Positions 27,363-38,357 of a DNA stretch of 64,000 nucleotides are shown piece after piece; positions within the stretch are counted from its first letter, which is position 1; every line of letters starts with the position of its first letter. The notes beneath the pieces are model-generated. The model worked only from the letters and a program-made list of their open reading frames with translations. It was not told the DNA's origin and did not search any database. Location of the stretch: contig JAYZBC010000071.1 of assembly GCA_036339375.1 (NCBI GenBank), positions 15,351-79,350 of the forward strand. Reading direction: 5' to 3'. Made by a program: the position numbers and the translations under genes. The DNA comes from Pseudomonadota bacterium (GTDB lineage: Bacteria; Pseudomonadota; Alphaproteobacteria; MPNO01; UBA2964).

Positions 27363-28706
27363 ATGGGTAAATTAAAACACCTTTCTATAAGTAGAGCAGA
27401 ATTTTCTGAATTAATGAAACCGTATGGACCATTTGAGCGGTGTCCCACGTTGGCGGTGGCGTATTCAGGAGGGGGTGATAGTACAGCCCTCCTTTTTTTG
27501 GCATATAGATGGGCACGACAACGAAGCGCCAAGGTTGTTGCCTTAACTGTTGACCACGGGTTAAGGCCGGAATCGAAACAGGAAGTATATATAGCCCAAA
27601 AACGGTGTCAAACATTAGGTATAGAGAGCCACCTGTTGCGTTGGCGTGCCCCGAAATTAAATTCTGGAATACAAAACGCTGCACGTGATGCACGGTATAG
27701 CTTGTTATCTCAATGGTGCAAGAAACAAAACATTTTACATCTGTTAGTCGCCCATAATTTAGAAGATCAAGCTGAAACAATTCTTCATCGGCTAGGTCGG
27801 CGTACTGGCTTGGACGGGCTAGTGGGTATACCTGCAATACGTGAAATGAAAAATATTCGTCTTGTTAGACCATGTATCAATGTGCCACGTCAGCGTTTGC
27901 GGGCAACTTTAACTGCAAATAACATTAAATGGTTAGAAGATCCCTCAAATTACGACCCTTCTTATGCTCGCGTTCGATTAAGAAGGCTATTACCCATTTT
28001 AACAAAAGAACAAATTTCTCCGACTATGTTATCTGGAACTGCCAGGAGGTTAAGCTCAGTTCGTCGTTCGCTGGAGAGAAGTGTGTCAAAAGTCTTAGCA
28101 GAGAACGCCATGATGTTTCCAGAAGGTTATTGTCGAATTTCTCAAAAAGCATTTTCGAATTCAGAAACAGAAGTTGCGCGTCGGATCTTGGAAACTTTGC
28201 TATGTTCTATTGGAGGGAACCTTTATCCACCAAAAGGAATAAAGGTGGATAAGTTGCTCCAAACGTTAAAATACGAAAAGATTTTTAAACCCAAAACTTT
28301 GGGCGGATGTAAAATAGTTTTGAAAGAACAATATATTTTAATTTTTCGCGAAGCCAAGAGGTGTCAAAATACTATTATTCGCCCCGGGAAAACCACTTTT
28401 TGGGACGGCAGGTTTTTTGTTAAACTTGGAAAAACAAATAACATTTCAATGAAAGACTATTTTCTAGGCTCACTTGGTGGTAAGTCAGGTACGAAAATTA
28501 ATGAAATGATTGCTAAAATGGAAATCACTTGTGCTCCCAAAGATGTTTTAATGGCACTCCCTGTAATTCGAGATATAGACGGTATTATCGGGTTACCCTA
28601 TTTAGGTTATGGACGTAAAAAGGAAAAATCTGTTAGTTTGATACAGGTTTTTGTTCAGTTTTTACCACAGCGAGCAGTTACTGATGCAAACTTTTTTCTT
28701 GTTTAA
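27363..28706 (+). CDS. tilS: tRNA(Ile)-lysidine synthetase
   Basis: PP-loop SGGGDS (VAYSGGGDSTALL). 447 aa. tilS-ftsH adjacency. Confidence 0.8.
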   Translation: MGKLKHLSISRAEFSELMKPYGPFERCPTLAVAYSGGGDSTALLFLAYRWARQRSAKVVALTVDHGLRPESKQEVYIAQKRCQTLGIESHLLRWRAPKLNSGIQNAARDARYSLLSQWCKKQNILHLLVAHNLEDQAETILHRLGRRTGLDGLVGIPAIREMKNIRLVRPCINVPRQRLRATLTANNIKWLEDPSNYDPSYARVRLRRLLPILTKEQISPTMLSGTARRLSSVRRSLERSVSKVLAENAMMFPEGYCRISQKAFSNSETEVARRILETLLCSIGGNLYPPKGIKVDKLLQTLKYEKIFKPKTLGGCKIVLKEQYILIFREAKRCQNTIIRPGKTTFWDGRFFVKLGKTNNISMKDYFLGSLGGKSGTKINEMIAKMEITCAPKDVLMALPVIRDIDGIIGLPYLGYGRKKEKSVSLIQVFVQFLPQRAVTDANFFLV

Positions 28707-28801
28707 TTAGTTAAGATCACTATTTAAATCATTAAGATAACAATTTTTGATTTAAATCAGAACTTGTAGCGGTGCAATATTACTAAATAAAGGTTATTAT
28801 T

Positions 28802-30736
28802 TTGAGCAATTTTGGCAAAAATTTAGCGCTTTGGGTTATAATCTGTCTACTATTATTGGCTCTTTTCAATTTATTTCAACAGCCTGGTGGACGCGATGGC
28901 CAAGTGGGCATCCCTTTTTCTGATTTTCTTACAGAAGTTACTAATGGACAAGTACGTGAAGTAACCATAAAGGGAAACAATATTACCGGTCTTTATTCAG
29001 ATGGACGCGGTTTTACTACTTATGCACCAAACGACCCCAATCTTGTGGAAAAATTAACAAAAAGAGGGGTGGTAATTAATGCTTTGCCTTCGGATGAAGG
29101 ATCACCTTCTATCATTCAAATTCTGATTTCTTGGTTTCCCATGTTGCTTTTAATTGGCGTATGGATTTTTTTCATGCGGCAAATGCAATCTGGTGGGGGT
29201 AAGGCAATGGGCTTTGGAAAATCTCGAGCCCGTATGCTGACCGAAAGTTCAGGAAGAGTCACCTTTGAAGATGTAGCTGGGATAGATGAATCAAAAAATG
29301 AATTGGAGGAGGTTGTAGAATTTTTGCGTGATCCTCAAAAATTCCAACGTCTAGGCGGAAAAATTCCAAAAGGTGTTCTTTTAGTCGGCCCTCCTGGAAC
29401 TGGAAAAACTTTACTGGCCCGAGCTATTGCTGGTGAGGCGAATGTACCTTTTTTTACAATTTCTGGCTCAGATTTTGTGGAAATGTTTGTCGGTGTTGGT
29501 GCTTCACGTGTTCGGGATATGTTTGAACAAGGTAAAAAAAATGCACCCTGTATTATTTTTATAGATGAAATAGATGCAGTTGGTCGTCATCGTGGCGCTG
29601 GCCTTGGTGGCGGAAACGATGAACGCGAGCAAACACTTAATCAGCTTCTGGTGGAGATGGATGGCTTTGAAACGAACGAAGGTGTAATTTTAATAGCTGC
29701 AACAAACCGCCCCGATGTCCTCGATCCTGCTTTGTTAAGGCCAGGACGGTTTGATCGTCAAGTTGTTGTTCCAAACCCAGACATCCTGGGCCGAGAGAAA
29801 ATTCTTAAAGTACATATGAAAAAAGTACCCTTAGCGCCTGACGTGGAAGCTCGTGTCATCGCGCGAGGTACACCAGGTTTTTCAGGGGCAGATTTAGCAA
29901 ATCTTGTCAATGAAGCTGCTTTGATGGCTGCCCGCAGGAATAAACGTCTTGTTACAATGGCAGAGTTTGAGGATGCCAAGGATAAAGTAATGATGGGTGC
30001 TGAACGCCGTTCTATGGTAATGACAGAGGACGAGAAAAAACTAACCGCCTACCATGAGGGTGGACATGCCATTGTGGCATTGCATGTGCCAAAACATGAC
30101 CCGTTGCACAAAGTAACAATAATACCCCGTGGACGGGCCTTGGGGTTGACAATGTCACTCCCAGAACGGGATGCTTTATCTCAGTCCAAAATCGAGATTG
30201 AATCAAAGATAGCGATGGCATTTGGTGGGCGGATGGCCGAAAAGATTATTTTCGGTGACGATAATATAACTACTGGGGCAAGTAGCGATATTCGAATGGC
30301 AACCGCAATGGCCCGTGCAATGGTTACAGAATTTGGTTTTAGTGAAAAACTTGGTCCTCTACGTTATAACGATAATGAGGAAGAGGTCTTTCTTGGCCAT
30401 TCAGTAACGCAGCGAAAAAATGTATCAGATGCAACTGCAAAATTAATCGATGAAGAAGTACGAAAAATAATCGATTCAGGCATGGAAACGGCAGAAAAAA
30501 TTCTTATTGAACATCGTGATGATTTGGAAACACTCGCACAAGCTTTACTTGAATATGAGACCCTGTCTGGTGATGAAATTAATGCTTTGTTACGAGGTGA
30601 AACGATTGTTCGACAACAATCCGACGACCCACCGTTAGATGGTAAAGGACGTTCTTCTGTTCCAAAAGCGGGTAGCCGAAAACAGCAAGAAGATGATGAC
30701 CCAGATCTTGCGGCAGAGCCACAACCTGGTTCTTAG
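28802..30736 (+). CDS. ftsH: ATP-dependent zinc metalloprotease FtsH
   Basis: Two N-terminal TM helices, AAA Walker [12 protein letters not shown], and zinc site HEGGHA. TTG start. Confidence 0.9.
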   Translation: MSNFGKNLALWVIICLLLLALFNLFQQPGGRDGQVGIPFSDFLTEVTNGQVREVTIKGNNITGLYSDGRGFTTYAPNDPNLVEKLTKRGVVINALPSDEGSPSIIQILISWFPMLLLIGVWIFFMRQMQSGGGKAMGFGKSRARMLTESSGRVTFEDVAGIDESKNELEEVVEFLRDPQKFQRLGGKIPKGVLLVGPPGTGKTLLARAIAGEANVPFFTISGSDFVEMFVGVGASRVRDMFEQGKKNAPCIIFIDEIDAVGRHRGAGLGGGNDEREQTLNQLLVEMDGFETNEGVILIAATNRPDVLDPALLRPGRFDRQVVVPNPDILGREKILKVHMKKVPLAPDVEARVIARGTPGFSGADLANLVNEAALMAARRNKRLVTMAEFEDAKDKVMMGAERRSMVMTEDEKKLTAYHEGGHAIVALHVPKHDPLHKVTIIPRGRALGLTMSLPERDALSQSKIEIESKIAMAFGGRMAEKIIFGDDNITTGASSDIRMATAMARAMVTEFGFSEKLGPLRYNDNEEEVFLGHSVTQRKNVSDATAKLIDEEVRKIIDSGMETAEKILIEHRDDLETLAQALLEYETLSGDEINALLRGETIVRQQSDDPPLDGKGRSSVPKAGSRKQQEDDDPDLAAEPQPGS

Positions 30737-30754
30737 TCTAATTCGGTTTAAAAA

Positions 30755-31879
30755 ATGGAGTTCAAGAGGAAGACCGGCTTACCCCGGAATTTTTCAATGC
30801 CTCACGGTAAAAAATTCCAAATCCATATAAAGCCACTGAATATAAGACGGATCCGATCTGAAATTTCTGTACCAAAAGGTTACATTCGTTTGGCAGGTAG
30901 TAACTATATTTTTTCGGAAATTGATATTTTTCTGCCTACATTAAATGAAGGTAAAATTGTAAGGTCTTCAGTTTGTAACATTAGGGAGTGGGCAGAGAAA
31001 AAAAAGGATAAAACCAGCAAAGCAATTACACAGAGATTGCATAAAATTTCCGTTGCTAGAAAGCCCTTTGATAGGATTTTCTATCCTGGCCCTATCATTG
31101 TTGGTATTTTAAATATTACTCCCGACAGTTTTCATGATGGTGGAAATTATTTAACTCTTGATGATGCAATCCGGAGAGGAAAAGTTCTTAGAAATGAAGG
31201 AGCAAGCATTCTTGAGGTTGGTGGGGAATCATCACGTCCTGGCGCCGAACCTGTTTCTGAAAAAACAGAACTTAGAAGAATTTTGCCAGTAATTAAAGAA
31301 CTTTCAAAAGATGGTAATTTAATTTCAGTGGATACGAGAAGACCAGAGGTTATGGAAGCAGCCTTGGAAGCTGGTGCTAGGGTTGTAAACGACATCACCG
31401 CACTTTCTTCCCCGGGGGCCGTTGAAACCATAATTAAGGCAAATGCATATGCGATAATCATGCACATGCAAGGAGTGCCAAAAACTATGCAAAGGGCTCC
31501 AAAATACGGTTTTGCACCATATGAGATTTTGTGTTATTTGGAAAATCGGGTTATTGCTTGTGAAGAAGCCGGTCTTTCACACGAACGTATTCTCATTGAT
31601 CCCGGAGTAGGTTTCGGCAAATCTGATTTTCATAATTTTGCAATTTTAAATTCTATCGCTTCATTCCATGGGATTGGTTGCGGTGTAATGATTGGAATTT
31701 CACACAAGAGTTTTATTGGTCGATCCGGAAAAACCTTAAATAACCCAGAAAGGTTGCCGGGAACAATTACGGCTACTTTGCATGCAATTGAGCAAGGAGT
31801 GCAGTTTCACCGGGTGCACAACGTAATGGAAATCAAACAAGCGATGGCAGTTTCAGAGAGAATTTTTAGTGGCAAATAA
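30755..31879 (+). CDS. folP: dihydropteroate synthase (annotated reading frame includes a ~105 aa N-terminal extension of doubtful validity)
   Basis: The DHPS core begins IVGILNITPDSFHDGG...GGESSRPGA...VDTRRPEV. The only ATG codons in frame lie ~100 aa upstream. An in-frame TTG ~20 codons before the core is a plausible real start. Confidence 0.75.
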   Translation: MEFKRKTGLPRNFSMPHGKKFQIHIKPLNIRRIRSEISVPKGYIRLAGSNYIFSEIDIFLPTLNEGKIVRSSVCNIREWAEKKKDKTSKAITQRLHKISVARKPFDRIFYPGPIIVGILNITPDSFHDGGNYLTLDDAIRRGKVLRNEGASILEVGGESSRPGAEPVSEKTELRRILPVIKELSKDGNLISVDTRRPEVMEAALEAGARVVNDITALSSPGAVETIIKANAYAIIMHMQGVPKTMQRAPKYGFAPYEILCYLENRVIACEEAGLSHERILIDPGVGFGKSDFHNFAILNSIASFHGIGCGVMIGISHKSFIGRSGKTLNNPERLPGTITATLHAIEQGVQFHRVHNVMEIKQAMAVSERIFSGK

Positions 31880-31977
31880 ACAAAAAGGAAGATGGATTAC
31901 GGCTTTCTTTACAACCAAAATGAGGTTAACAAAATATTAATGGATAAGACTTTGCATAAACAGGGACATTAGTTTTA

Positions 31978-33339
31978 ATGGTACAGAAATTGTTTGGCAC
32001 TGATGGAATACGTGGGACTGCTAATCTTGGTCCTATGACCGCCGAAATTGCTCTTAAAGTAGGTATGGCAGCGGGACACTTGTTCTCAAAAGACGAGCGG
32101 CGTAATACTGTTTTGATTGGCAAAGACACACGTTTATCAGGTTACATGTTGGAATCGGCTTTAGTAGCAGGTTTTATTGGCATGGGAATGGATGTATTTT
32201 TAGTTGGTCCCATGCCAACACCAGCCATTGCAATGCTTACCCGTAGCTTGCGTTGTGACTTAGGAGTTGTGATTTCAGCATCACATAATCCTTTTGAGGA
32301 TAATGGAATTAAGCTTTTAGCTTCAGATGGGCATAAGATTTCCCAAGAGGAAGAGGTGCAAATCGAGAAATTTGTTTTTGGGGGAATTTCAAAGGCCCTT
32401 GTAGGTTCTAGAGGTCTTGGTAGGGCAAAACGCTTAGAGGACGCAGAGGGTCGCTATATAGAATTTGCCAAAAATACGTTCCCAAGGGGTGTAAGGTTGG
32501 ATGGATTGAAAATTGTTATAGATTGTGCTCATGGTTCAGCCTACAAAACAGCACCAACCACTTTGTGGGAACTGGGCGCAGATGTCATTCCAATTGGAGT
32601 TACACCCAATGGTTTCAATATCAATCACGAATGTGGTGCTACGAATACAGATTTGTTGTGTGAAACTGTTGTGAAGGAGGGAGCACATATCGGGATAGCT
32701 CTTGATGGTGATGCTGACAGGGTGTTCATTGCTGACGAAATAGGGAATGTCATAGATGGTGATCAAATCATGGCTATAATCGCAAAGTCTTGGAAAGAGC
32801 AAAATCGATTGCAGGGAGCAGGAATTGTTGGAACGGTTATGTCCAACCTTAACTTAGAGAATTTTTTACAAGAAATGGGACTCTCTTTTTTGCGTACGCA
32901 AGTTGGGGATAAACATGTAATGCAGAAAATGCTTGCCCAGGGAATTAACATTGGTGGTGAACAATCGGGACACATTATTCTTAAGGATTATAACACAACG
33001 GGCGATGGTCTAATTGCAGCTTTGGAGGTTTTAGCTGTTTTAGTACGCTCTGGGGAAAAAACAAGCGAAATAAGCCATCTTTATAAACCGCTACCGCAAT
33101 TGCTTCGAAATGTCTCATTTGAGGGGAAAACACCTTTAAAAGAAAATGTAGTTGTGCAGGCTATTCATGAAGGAAAAAAAATATTAGGAGATAGGGGTAG
33201 GGTATTAGTCCGAGAATCCGGAACTGAGCCTGTAATTCGCGTTATGGTTGAAGGGGATGATAGAAACTTCATTACTAATTTGGCAGACAAAATTTGTGAG
33301 GTAATTGAACGAGTAAGTGCTTTTAGGAGAAATGGATGA
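31978..33339 (+). CDS. glmM: phosphoglucosamine mutase
   Basis: Active-site [10 protein letters not shown] and the [10 protein letters not shown] / GEQSGH motifs. 453 aa. Confidence 0.9.
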   Translation: MVQKLFGTDGIRGTANLGPMTAEIALKVGMAAGHLFSKDERRNTVLIGKDTRLSGYMLESALVAGFIGMGMDVFLVGPMPTPAIAMLTRSLRCDLGVVISASHNPFEDNGIKLLASDGHKISQEEEVQIEKFVFGGISKALVGSRGLGRAKRLEDAEGRYIEFAKNTFPRGVRLDGLKIVIDCAHGSAYKTAPTTLWELGADVIPIGVTPNGFNINHECGATNTDLLCETVVKEGAHIGIALDGDADRVFIADEIGNVIDGDQIMAIIAKSWKEQNRLQGAGIVGTVMSNLNLENFLQEMGLSFLRTQVGDKHVMQKMLAQGINIGGEQSGHIILKDYNTTGDGLIAALEVLAVLVRSGEKTSEISHLYKPLPQLLRNVSFEGKTPLKENVVVQAIHEGKKILGDRGRVLVRESGTEPVIRVMVEGDDRNFITNLADKICEVIERVSAFRRNG

Positions 33340-34139
33340 TTGGCCGTGTTCTTGTAGTGGCCGGCTCTGATTCTGGTGGTGGGGCAGGAATTCAGGCGGA
33401 CATCAAAGCAATTGGTGCCTTGGGCGCTTATGCAGCGACCGCTGTTACTGCTCTTACAGCGCAAAATACAATTGGTGTGCACGGAGTTTATCCAGTACCA
33501 GCGGACTTTATTGATAAACAAATCCATTCAGTTTTAACAGATATAGGAGCTGATTGTATTAAAATTGGAATGCTCCATGAGAGTCAGGTGATTGAGGCAG
33601 TTGTTGCAGCGCTAGACAGGGATGCACCAAAAACTCCAATTGTTGTTGATCCTGTTATGGTTGCGAAAGGAGGAGCAGTGCTCATGCATAAAGATGCGGT
33701 GGATGTCTTGCGAAAAGAGCTTGTTCCTCGAGCAAGCTTACTTACACCCAATATTCCTGAAGCAGAAGCTTTAACAAGAAAGAAATTTTCTAAACAGAGT
33801 GATATGGAACCGTTATGTCGTTCTCTCATAAAATTAGGGGCAAAAGCGGTGTTACTCAAAGGTGGCCATGCAAACGGTCCAATAGTATGTGACATGTTAA
33901 TTGAAAATGAAAAAGTGCGAGTATTTAAAAACCCTCGGCTAGATACAAAAAATACACACGGTACCGGTTGCACATTGTCTTCTTCAATAGCGGCTGGGCT
34001 CGCAAAAGGCTTGAATTTAGAAGAAGCCATAGGTGTCGCGGAAGAGTTTTTACATAAGGCGATAAAAACTGCGCCGCAGCTGGGAAAAGGTCACGGACCA
34101 GTTAACCATTTGCATACTATCCGGGGTTACAAGCATTAA
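33336..34139 (+). CDS. thiD: hydroxymethylpyrimidine/phosphomethylpyrimidine kinase
   Basis: [22 protein letters not shown]-terminus and the ribokinase-like fold. ATGA overlap with glmM. Confidence 0.85.
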   Translation: MIGRVLVVAGSDSGGGAGIQADIKAIGALGAYAATAVTALTAQNTIGVHGVYPVPADFIDKQIHSVLTDIGADCIKIGMLHESQVIEAVVAALDRDAPKTPIVVDPVMVAKGGAVLMHKDAVDVLRKELVPRASLLTPNIPEAEALTRKKFSKQSDMEPLCRSLIKLGAKAVLLKGGHANGPIVCDMLIENEKVRVFKNPRLDTKNTHGTGCTLSSSIAAGLAKGLNLEEAIGVAEEFLHKAIKTAPQLGKGHGPVNHLHTIRGYKH

Positions 34140-34150
34140 TTTTAGCTGAT

Positions 34151-34177
34151 AAAAAGTAGGAGTGATTTCTCCTTTTA
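34151..34177. terminator. putative bidirectional intrinsic terminator between convergent thiD and the MarR-family gene
   Basis: aaaaagtAGGAGtgatttCTCCTtttt: a 5 bp GC-containing stem flanked by an A-tract and a T-tract. Confidence 0.35.
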
Positions 34178-34316
34178 ACCCTAATTCACTTGTCAAAAAT
34201 GTATAAAGTTTTTTGAATTTTATTGGGCAATTATTTTTTCTCGAGAAAAAATTAGCAAAAACTCCTTACAAAAAATCTGTCAGCGGAATTAAACGTTTTT
34301 AGTAATTTTCTGAATT

Positions 34317-34877
34317 TCACCTCTTTTTATTAAACCAGTTACTCCGTTTTAAAAATTTCTGGCGGTCTTTTTCATTGATCATTCCAAGTATGACCTTGCG
34401 GTAGCCCTCCACAGCTTCGGCTCCAGCATCTTTATAGGCCCTTGCAATGCGTTCCCTTTGGTTCTCAGACAGTTTCTTTTCTAAAAGAAACCCTTTTTCA
34501 GTTAACTCTAGTAAACGTTGTCGCCGATCTTTGCTGCCAGTTCGTTGAATTATAATATCTTCCTGCACAAGTTGGCTTAAAACTCGTGAGAGGCTTTGTT
34601 TTGTTATTTTCAATATTTCCAACAGTTGAGAAACTGTAATTAAAGGATTTCGACCTACAAAATAAATTACTCTATGATGAGCCCTCCCAAATTGATATTG
34701 AGTAAGTATGGAATCGGGCTCGGCAGTAAAGTCACGATAAGCGTAAAAAATCAGTTCCATACCCTGACGGAGTTCTTCCTCTCGAAGAAATAAAGGGTTA
34801 ATATTTGGTTTTAAGTCAGTCACGTTGACATATATGACCGTGAATGATACGGAGAGCAACCCGAAATTTGGAGTCAC
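34317..34877 (-). CDS. MarR-family transcriptional regulator
   Basis: Winged-helix region ITVSQLLEILKITKQSLSRVLSQLVQEDIIIQRTGSKDRRQRLLELTEKG. The ORF opens with GTG at 34877. A 147 aa product from the Met at 34760 is equally plausible. Confidence 0.6.
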   Translation of the reverse strand: MTPNFGLLSVSFTVIYVNVTDLKPNINPLFLREEELRQGMELIFYAYRDFTAEPDSILTQYQFGRAHHRVIYFVGRNPLITVSQLLEILKITKQSLSRVLSQLVQEDIIIQRTGSKDRRQRLLELTEKGFLLEKKLSENQRERIARAYKDAGAEAVEGYRKVILGMINEKDRQKFLKRSNWFNKKR

Positions 34878-34912
34878 TTGATTTTTCTCTTTAAGAATGG
34901 GACGGAATTGTA

Positions 34913-35806
34913 ATGGTCAATTTTGATGATCAAAATGGCTTTATTTGGTTTGATGGTGACCTTTGCACTTGGCCTGACGTTAAATTGCACGTCCTTAGCC
35001 ACGGACTGCATTATGCCAGTTGTGTATTTGAAGGTGAAAGGGTTTATTCCGGTCGTGTTTTTAAACTCCAAGAACATACCGAAAGACTCGTGCAATCTGC
35101 TCAAACATTAGGGTTTGAAATTCCATATTCGGTGGAACAAATTAATCAAGCAACACTTGATACAGTTGAGGCTCAAGGCTACGCAGACGCATATGTTAGA
35201 CCGGTAGCCTGGCGAGGCAGCGAAATGATGGGTGTTTCAGCTCAAGACACAACTATTCATCTTGCAATAGCAGTTTGGGAATGGCCATCCTATTTTTCTC
35301 CTGAAGCCCGTACAAAGGGCATAAAATTAAAACGTGCTAAATGGAAAAGACCTTCGCCTGAAAGTTCGCCAGTTCATTCTAAGGCGGCTGGGCTTTACAT
35401 GATTTGTACCTTATCGAAACATGATGCCGAAGCGCAAGGTTTTGACGATGCTCTAATGCTGGACTGGCGAGGGCAAGTTGCCGAAACGACGGGAGCCAAT
35501 ATTTTCCTTGTCATCGGCGGTGTATTACATACTCCTAAACCAGACTGTTTTTTGGATGGTATCACTCGGCGTTCCGTTATAGAGCTTGCACGTATTCGAG
35601 GTTTAGAAATTGTTGAACGTGTGATAATGCCAGATGAGATTTCTAAAGCGGATGAAATTTTTGTTACTGGTACGGCCGCGGAAGTAACCCCTGTAGGACA
35701 AATTGAAGAAATGCACTTTCCAGTGGGTCCTGTAACTATGGCTTTGTTAGAGGATTATGAAAAACTAGTTCGTGAGCCAAACATGGTGGAAAACCCTGCT
35801 GCGTAA
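34913..35806 (+). CDS. ilvE: branched-chain amino acid aminotransferase (fold type IV PLP enzyme)
   Basis: 297 aa. HGLHYASCVFEGERVY and class IV aminotransferase pattern. Divergent from the MarR gene. Confidence 0.8.
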   Translation: MVNFDDQNGFIWFDGDLCTWPDVKLHVLSHGLHYASCVFEGERVYSGRVFKLQEHTERLVQSAQTLGFEIPYSVEQINQATLDTVEAQGYADAYVRPVAWRGSEMMGVSAQDTTIHLAIAVWEWPSYFSPEARTKGIKLKRAKWKRPSPESSPVHSKAAGLYMICTLSKHDAEAQGFDDALMLDWRGQVAETTGANIFLVIGGVLHTPKPDCFLDGITRRSVIELARIRGLEIVERVIMPDEISKADEIFVTGTAAEVTPVGQIEEMHFPVGPVTMALLEDYEKLVREPNMVENPAA

Positions 35807-35816
35807 ATTCCTTTTA

Positions 35817-36287
35817 TTAATTTTTAGATGATTTGGAAGAGGTTTCCCAACTTTTGGTTTCAACCTCGTCTTCATGCCTTGCAGAAACCCACTTAGTCTC
35901 AGAACTTGTTGTTTCTTGTTTCCAAAAAGGCGCTTTGGTTTTGAGCCAATCAATCAGAAAATGGCAGCTTTCAAGGGCCGCTTTTCTATGAGCGGAAGCA
36001 CTGGCAACCAGAACAATTTGATCTCCTAGCTGAAGGGTCCCAATGCGATGGATTATAAGCACTTCCTTTAACGGCCACCTAGAGCGGGCCTCATGTTCTA
36101 ACCATTTTAGCTGTTTCTCAGTCATTCCGGGATAATGTTCGAGCGTAATGGATTTGACAGTATCCCCATAGCCCATATCCCTCACAAGACCTATAAAACA
36201 TGCAAGTCCACCAATTTGAAAATTGGTTTTTGTTAAATGTTTTATTTCTTTACTAACATCAAAATCTTCTTGTTGGACTTTAATCAA
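35817..36287 (-). CDS. moaE: molybdopterin synthase catalytic subunit MoaE
   Basis: 156 aa with MoaE family pattern. Immediately downstream of moaD. Confidence 0.75.
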   Translation of the reverse strand: MIKVQQEDFDVSKEIKHLTKTNFQIGGLACFIGLVRDMGYGDTVKSITLEHYPGMTEKQLKWLEHEARSRWPLKEVLIIHRIGTLQLGDQIVLVASASAHRKAALESCHFLIDWLKTKAPFWKQETTSSETKWVSARHEDEVETKSWETSSKSSKN

Positions 36288-36291
36288 TTAA

Positions 36292-36543
36292 TTAGCCCCC
36301 TGTCATAGGAGGAAAAAGTGCCACTTCGTCACCTTGTGAGATGGGCGTACTGAAATTAACAACTTCTTGATTTACTGCCACTCGGACTGAAGAAAGGTCA
36401 TTCAGTGCATGTTGATAAAGGTGCCCCCTTTGTTTTAACCATTCGATGAGCGAATAAACATCTGACACTTCGGGGGGTAGTGCTACATTCTCGCTGCTAA
36501 CGCCAATCTGAGTACGCACCCAGCCGAAATAAAACAACTGCAC
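36292..36543 (-). CDS. moaD: molybdopterin synthase sulfur-carrier subunit MoaD
   Basis: 83 aa. Ubiquitin-like with a C-terminal Gly-Gly (…PPMTGG). Its start overlaps the moeA stop. Confidence 0.7.
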   Translation of the reverse strand: MQLFYFGWVRTQIGVSSENVALPPEVSDVYSLIEWLKQRGHLYQHALNDLSSVRVAVNQEVVNFSTPISQGDEVALFPPMTGG

Positions 36544-37802
36544 TAGATTACCTCGCTGAAAGGAAGGAAATCTACCATATCTCCTTTTTTTACATGCATG
36601 ATTTCTTCGCTCAACTCGACCAATCCGTCAGCCGCTACCATGGATGATAAAATTCCCGCACCGCTTTTAGGAAATTTTTTTGCCTGCAACTCGCCCTTTT
36701 TGTCAGTTTCCAATAATGCACGAACCCATTCCCTTCGACCAGTTTTTTTTAAGTAATCAAAGTTAGCAGTTACTTTAAAAAACCTGGGTTGCACATTTTT
36801 TGCACCATTCATCAATAATAAAGCAGGACGAGCAAATCTCATAAATGTAATCATTGCGGCAACTGGATTGCCGGGCAACCCAATAAAGGGTTTTTTTCCA
36901 ATTTGACCAAGGGCAATGGGCCTCCCTGGCCGAATTGCAAGCCGCCAAAAATGAATTTGGCCTAAAGCGCTAACAGCTTGACGAATATGATCTTCTTCCC
37001 CGGTTGATACGCCAGCAGTTGTAATAATTACATCATTTTTTTTGGCGGCAACGTTAAGAGAATCTTTTATAACATCCAGCTTGTCTGTTAAGATTCCCAA
37101 ATCATTAATGTTACACCCGAGCTGATGTAAGAGTGCTCCAATTGAGTAGCGATTCGCATCATAAATACAACTAGTTGATAAAGTTTCTCCCAGATTACAA
37201 ATTTCGTCCCCAGTTGAAAAAAGCGCTACTCGCAAAGGCTTATAAAGGCATAAAGTACTACAACCGATGGATGCTGCTAAACCGATGTCCTGCGCTTTCA
37301 ATCTTTTCCCTGATTTCAGTACAACGGAACCCTTTTTAATGTCTTCCCCACTAAAACGACGATTGGCGCCTTTCTTAATTCCCGAAGGGATAGTTACTAT
37401 GGAACCTTCTTTTTGGCAATCCTCCTGCATTAAAACGGTATCAGTTCCTTTAGGCATAGGCGCACCAGTGAATATCCTATAAGCCGTTCCTGAAACCGTC
37501 TCTTTTTTTAATGGGTGTCCTGCGATAATTCTTCCAGATATAGGTAGTCGAGTATCTTTGTTTTTGGATAAATCATCAAAACAAACTGCAAAACCATCTA
37601 CCGCGGAGTTATCATGGCCTGGGACCGCGCGACTCGAAACAACATCTTTTGCGAGAATTCTCCCTATTGTTTTTTCTAGAGCTAGATCTTCAACATCGAC
37701 AATAATTTTTGTTTGATTATTTATTTGGTCCAATGCCTCATGTGTTGTCATCAACCTATTGCCAAAAGCAAAACAATCATCTGTCAGCTGTGCCATGATC
37801 AT
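36543..37802 (-). CDS. moeA: molybdopterin molybdotransferase MoeA
   Basis: 419 aa. MoeA N/linker/C (MoCF_biosynth) domains, GGVSTGEED motif. Confidence 0.85.
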   Translation of the reverse strand: MIMAQLTDDCFAFGNRLMTTHEALDQINNQTKIIVDVEDLALEKTIGRILAKDVVSSRAVPGHDNSAVDGFAVCFDDLSKNKDTRLPISGRIIAGHPLKKETVSGTAYRIFTGAPMPKGTDTVLMQEDCQKEGSIVTIPSGIKKGANRRFSGEDIKKGSVVLKSGKRLKAQDIGLAASIGCSTLCLYKPLRVALFSTGDEICNLGETLSTSCIYDANRYSIGALLHQLGCNINDLGILTDKLDVIKDSLNVAAKKNDVIITTAGVSTGEEDHIRQAVSALGQIHFWRLAIRPGRPIALGQIGKKPFIGLPGNPVAAMITFMRFARPALLLMNGAKNVQPRFFKVTANFDYLKKTGRREWVRALLETDKKGELQAKKFPKSGAGILSSMVAADGLVELSEEIMHVKKGDMVDFLPFSEVI

Positions 37803-38320
37803 GCAACGCCAGTCTTGGTATGGTGAATCAAACCAGTGTACTTCTCTATAAAATCGGCGATCTTACTTGGGTTATTTAAATCAATAACAGGAAGGTCCTT
37901 TAATTTTAATGGTTTGTCACTTGCAACTGCCACGATATGAGGGTCTTTGGTACCAATTAATTTTTTCCCGAGTGCTGGTCGATGAATTTCAATTTTGGGG
38001 TGTGGATGAAACTTGAAGCCCTCAATTAAAATCAAATCAACAGGGGTCAGTTTTCTTATTAGATCGTTAAGGTCAACCTCCATTTCATTTGGGTTTTCAT
38101 GCATTAGAGCCCAACGTTGTGAAGAGGAAACCAGTACTTCATTTGCACCCGCCCGACGATGCTCATAAGAATCCTTCCCAGGCTTATCAATGTCGAAGGT
38201 ATGATGGGCATGTTTAACAGTTGAAACAGAAATTCCCCGGCTTATTAATATAGATACTAAGCTTACCAGTGTTTTGGTTTTTCCACTACCACTCCAACCT
38301 GCTAGACCAAATATCTTCAT
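37799..38320 (-). CDS. mobB: molybdopterin-guanine dinucleotide biosynthesis adapter protein MobB
   Basis: Walker A GWSGSGKTT. 173 aa. 4-nt overlap with moeA. Confidence 0.8.
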   Translation of the reverse strand: MKIFGLAGWSGSGKTKTLVSLVSILISRGISVSTVKHAHHTFDIDKPGKDSYEHRRAGANEVLVSSSQRWALMHENPNEMEVDLNDLIRKLTPVDLILIEGFKFHPHPKIEIHRPALGKKLIGTKDPHIVAVASDKPLKLKDLPVIDLNNPSKIADFIEKYTGLIHHTKTGVA

Positions 38321-38357
38321 TCTGACGCCTCTACTTTACCCAAACCATTTACGGCTG

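Noticed and set aside
33584-34030. 148 aa minus-strand ORF
   Set aside because: Antisense within thiD.
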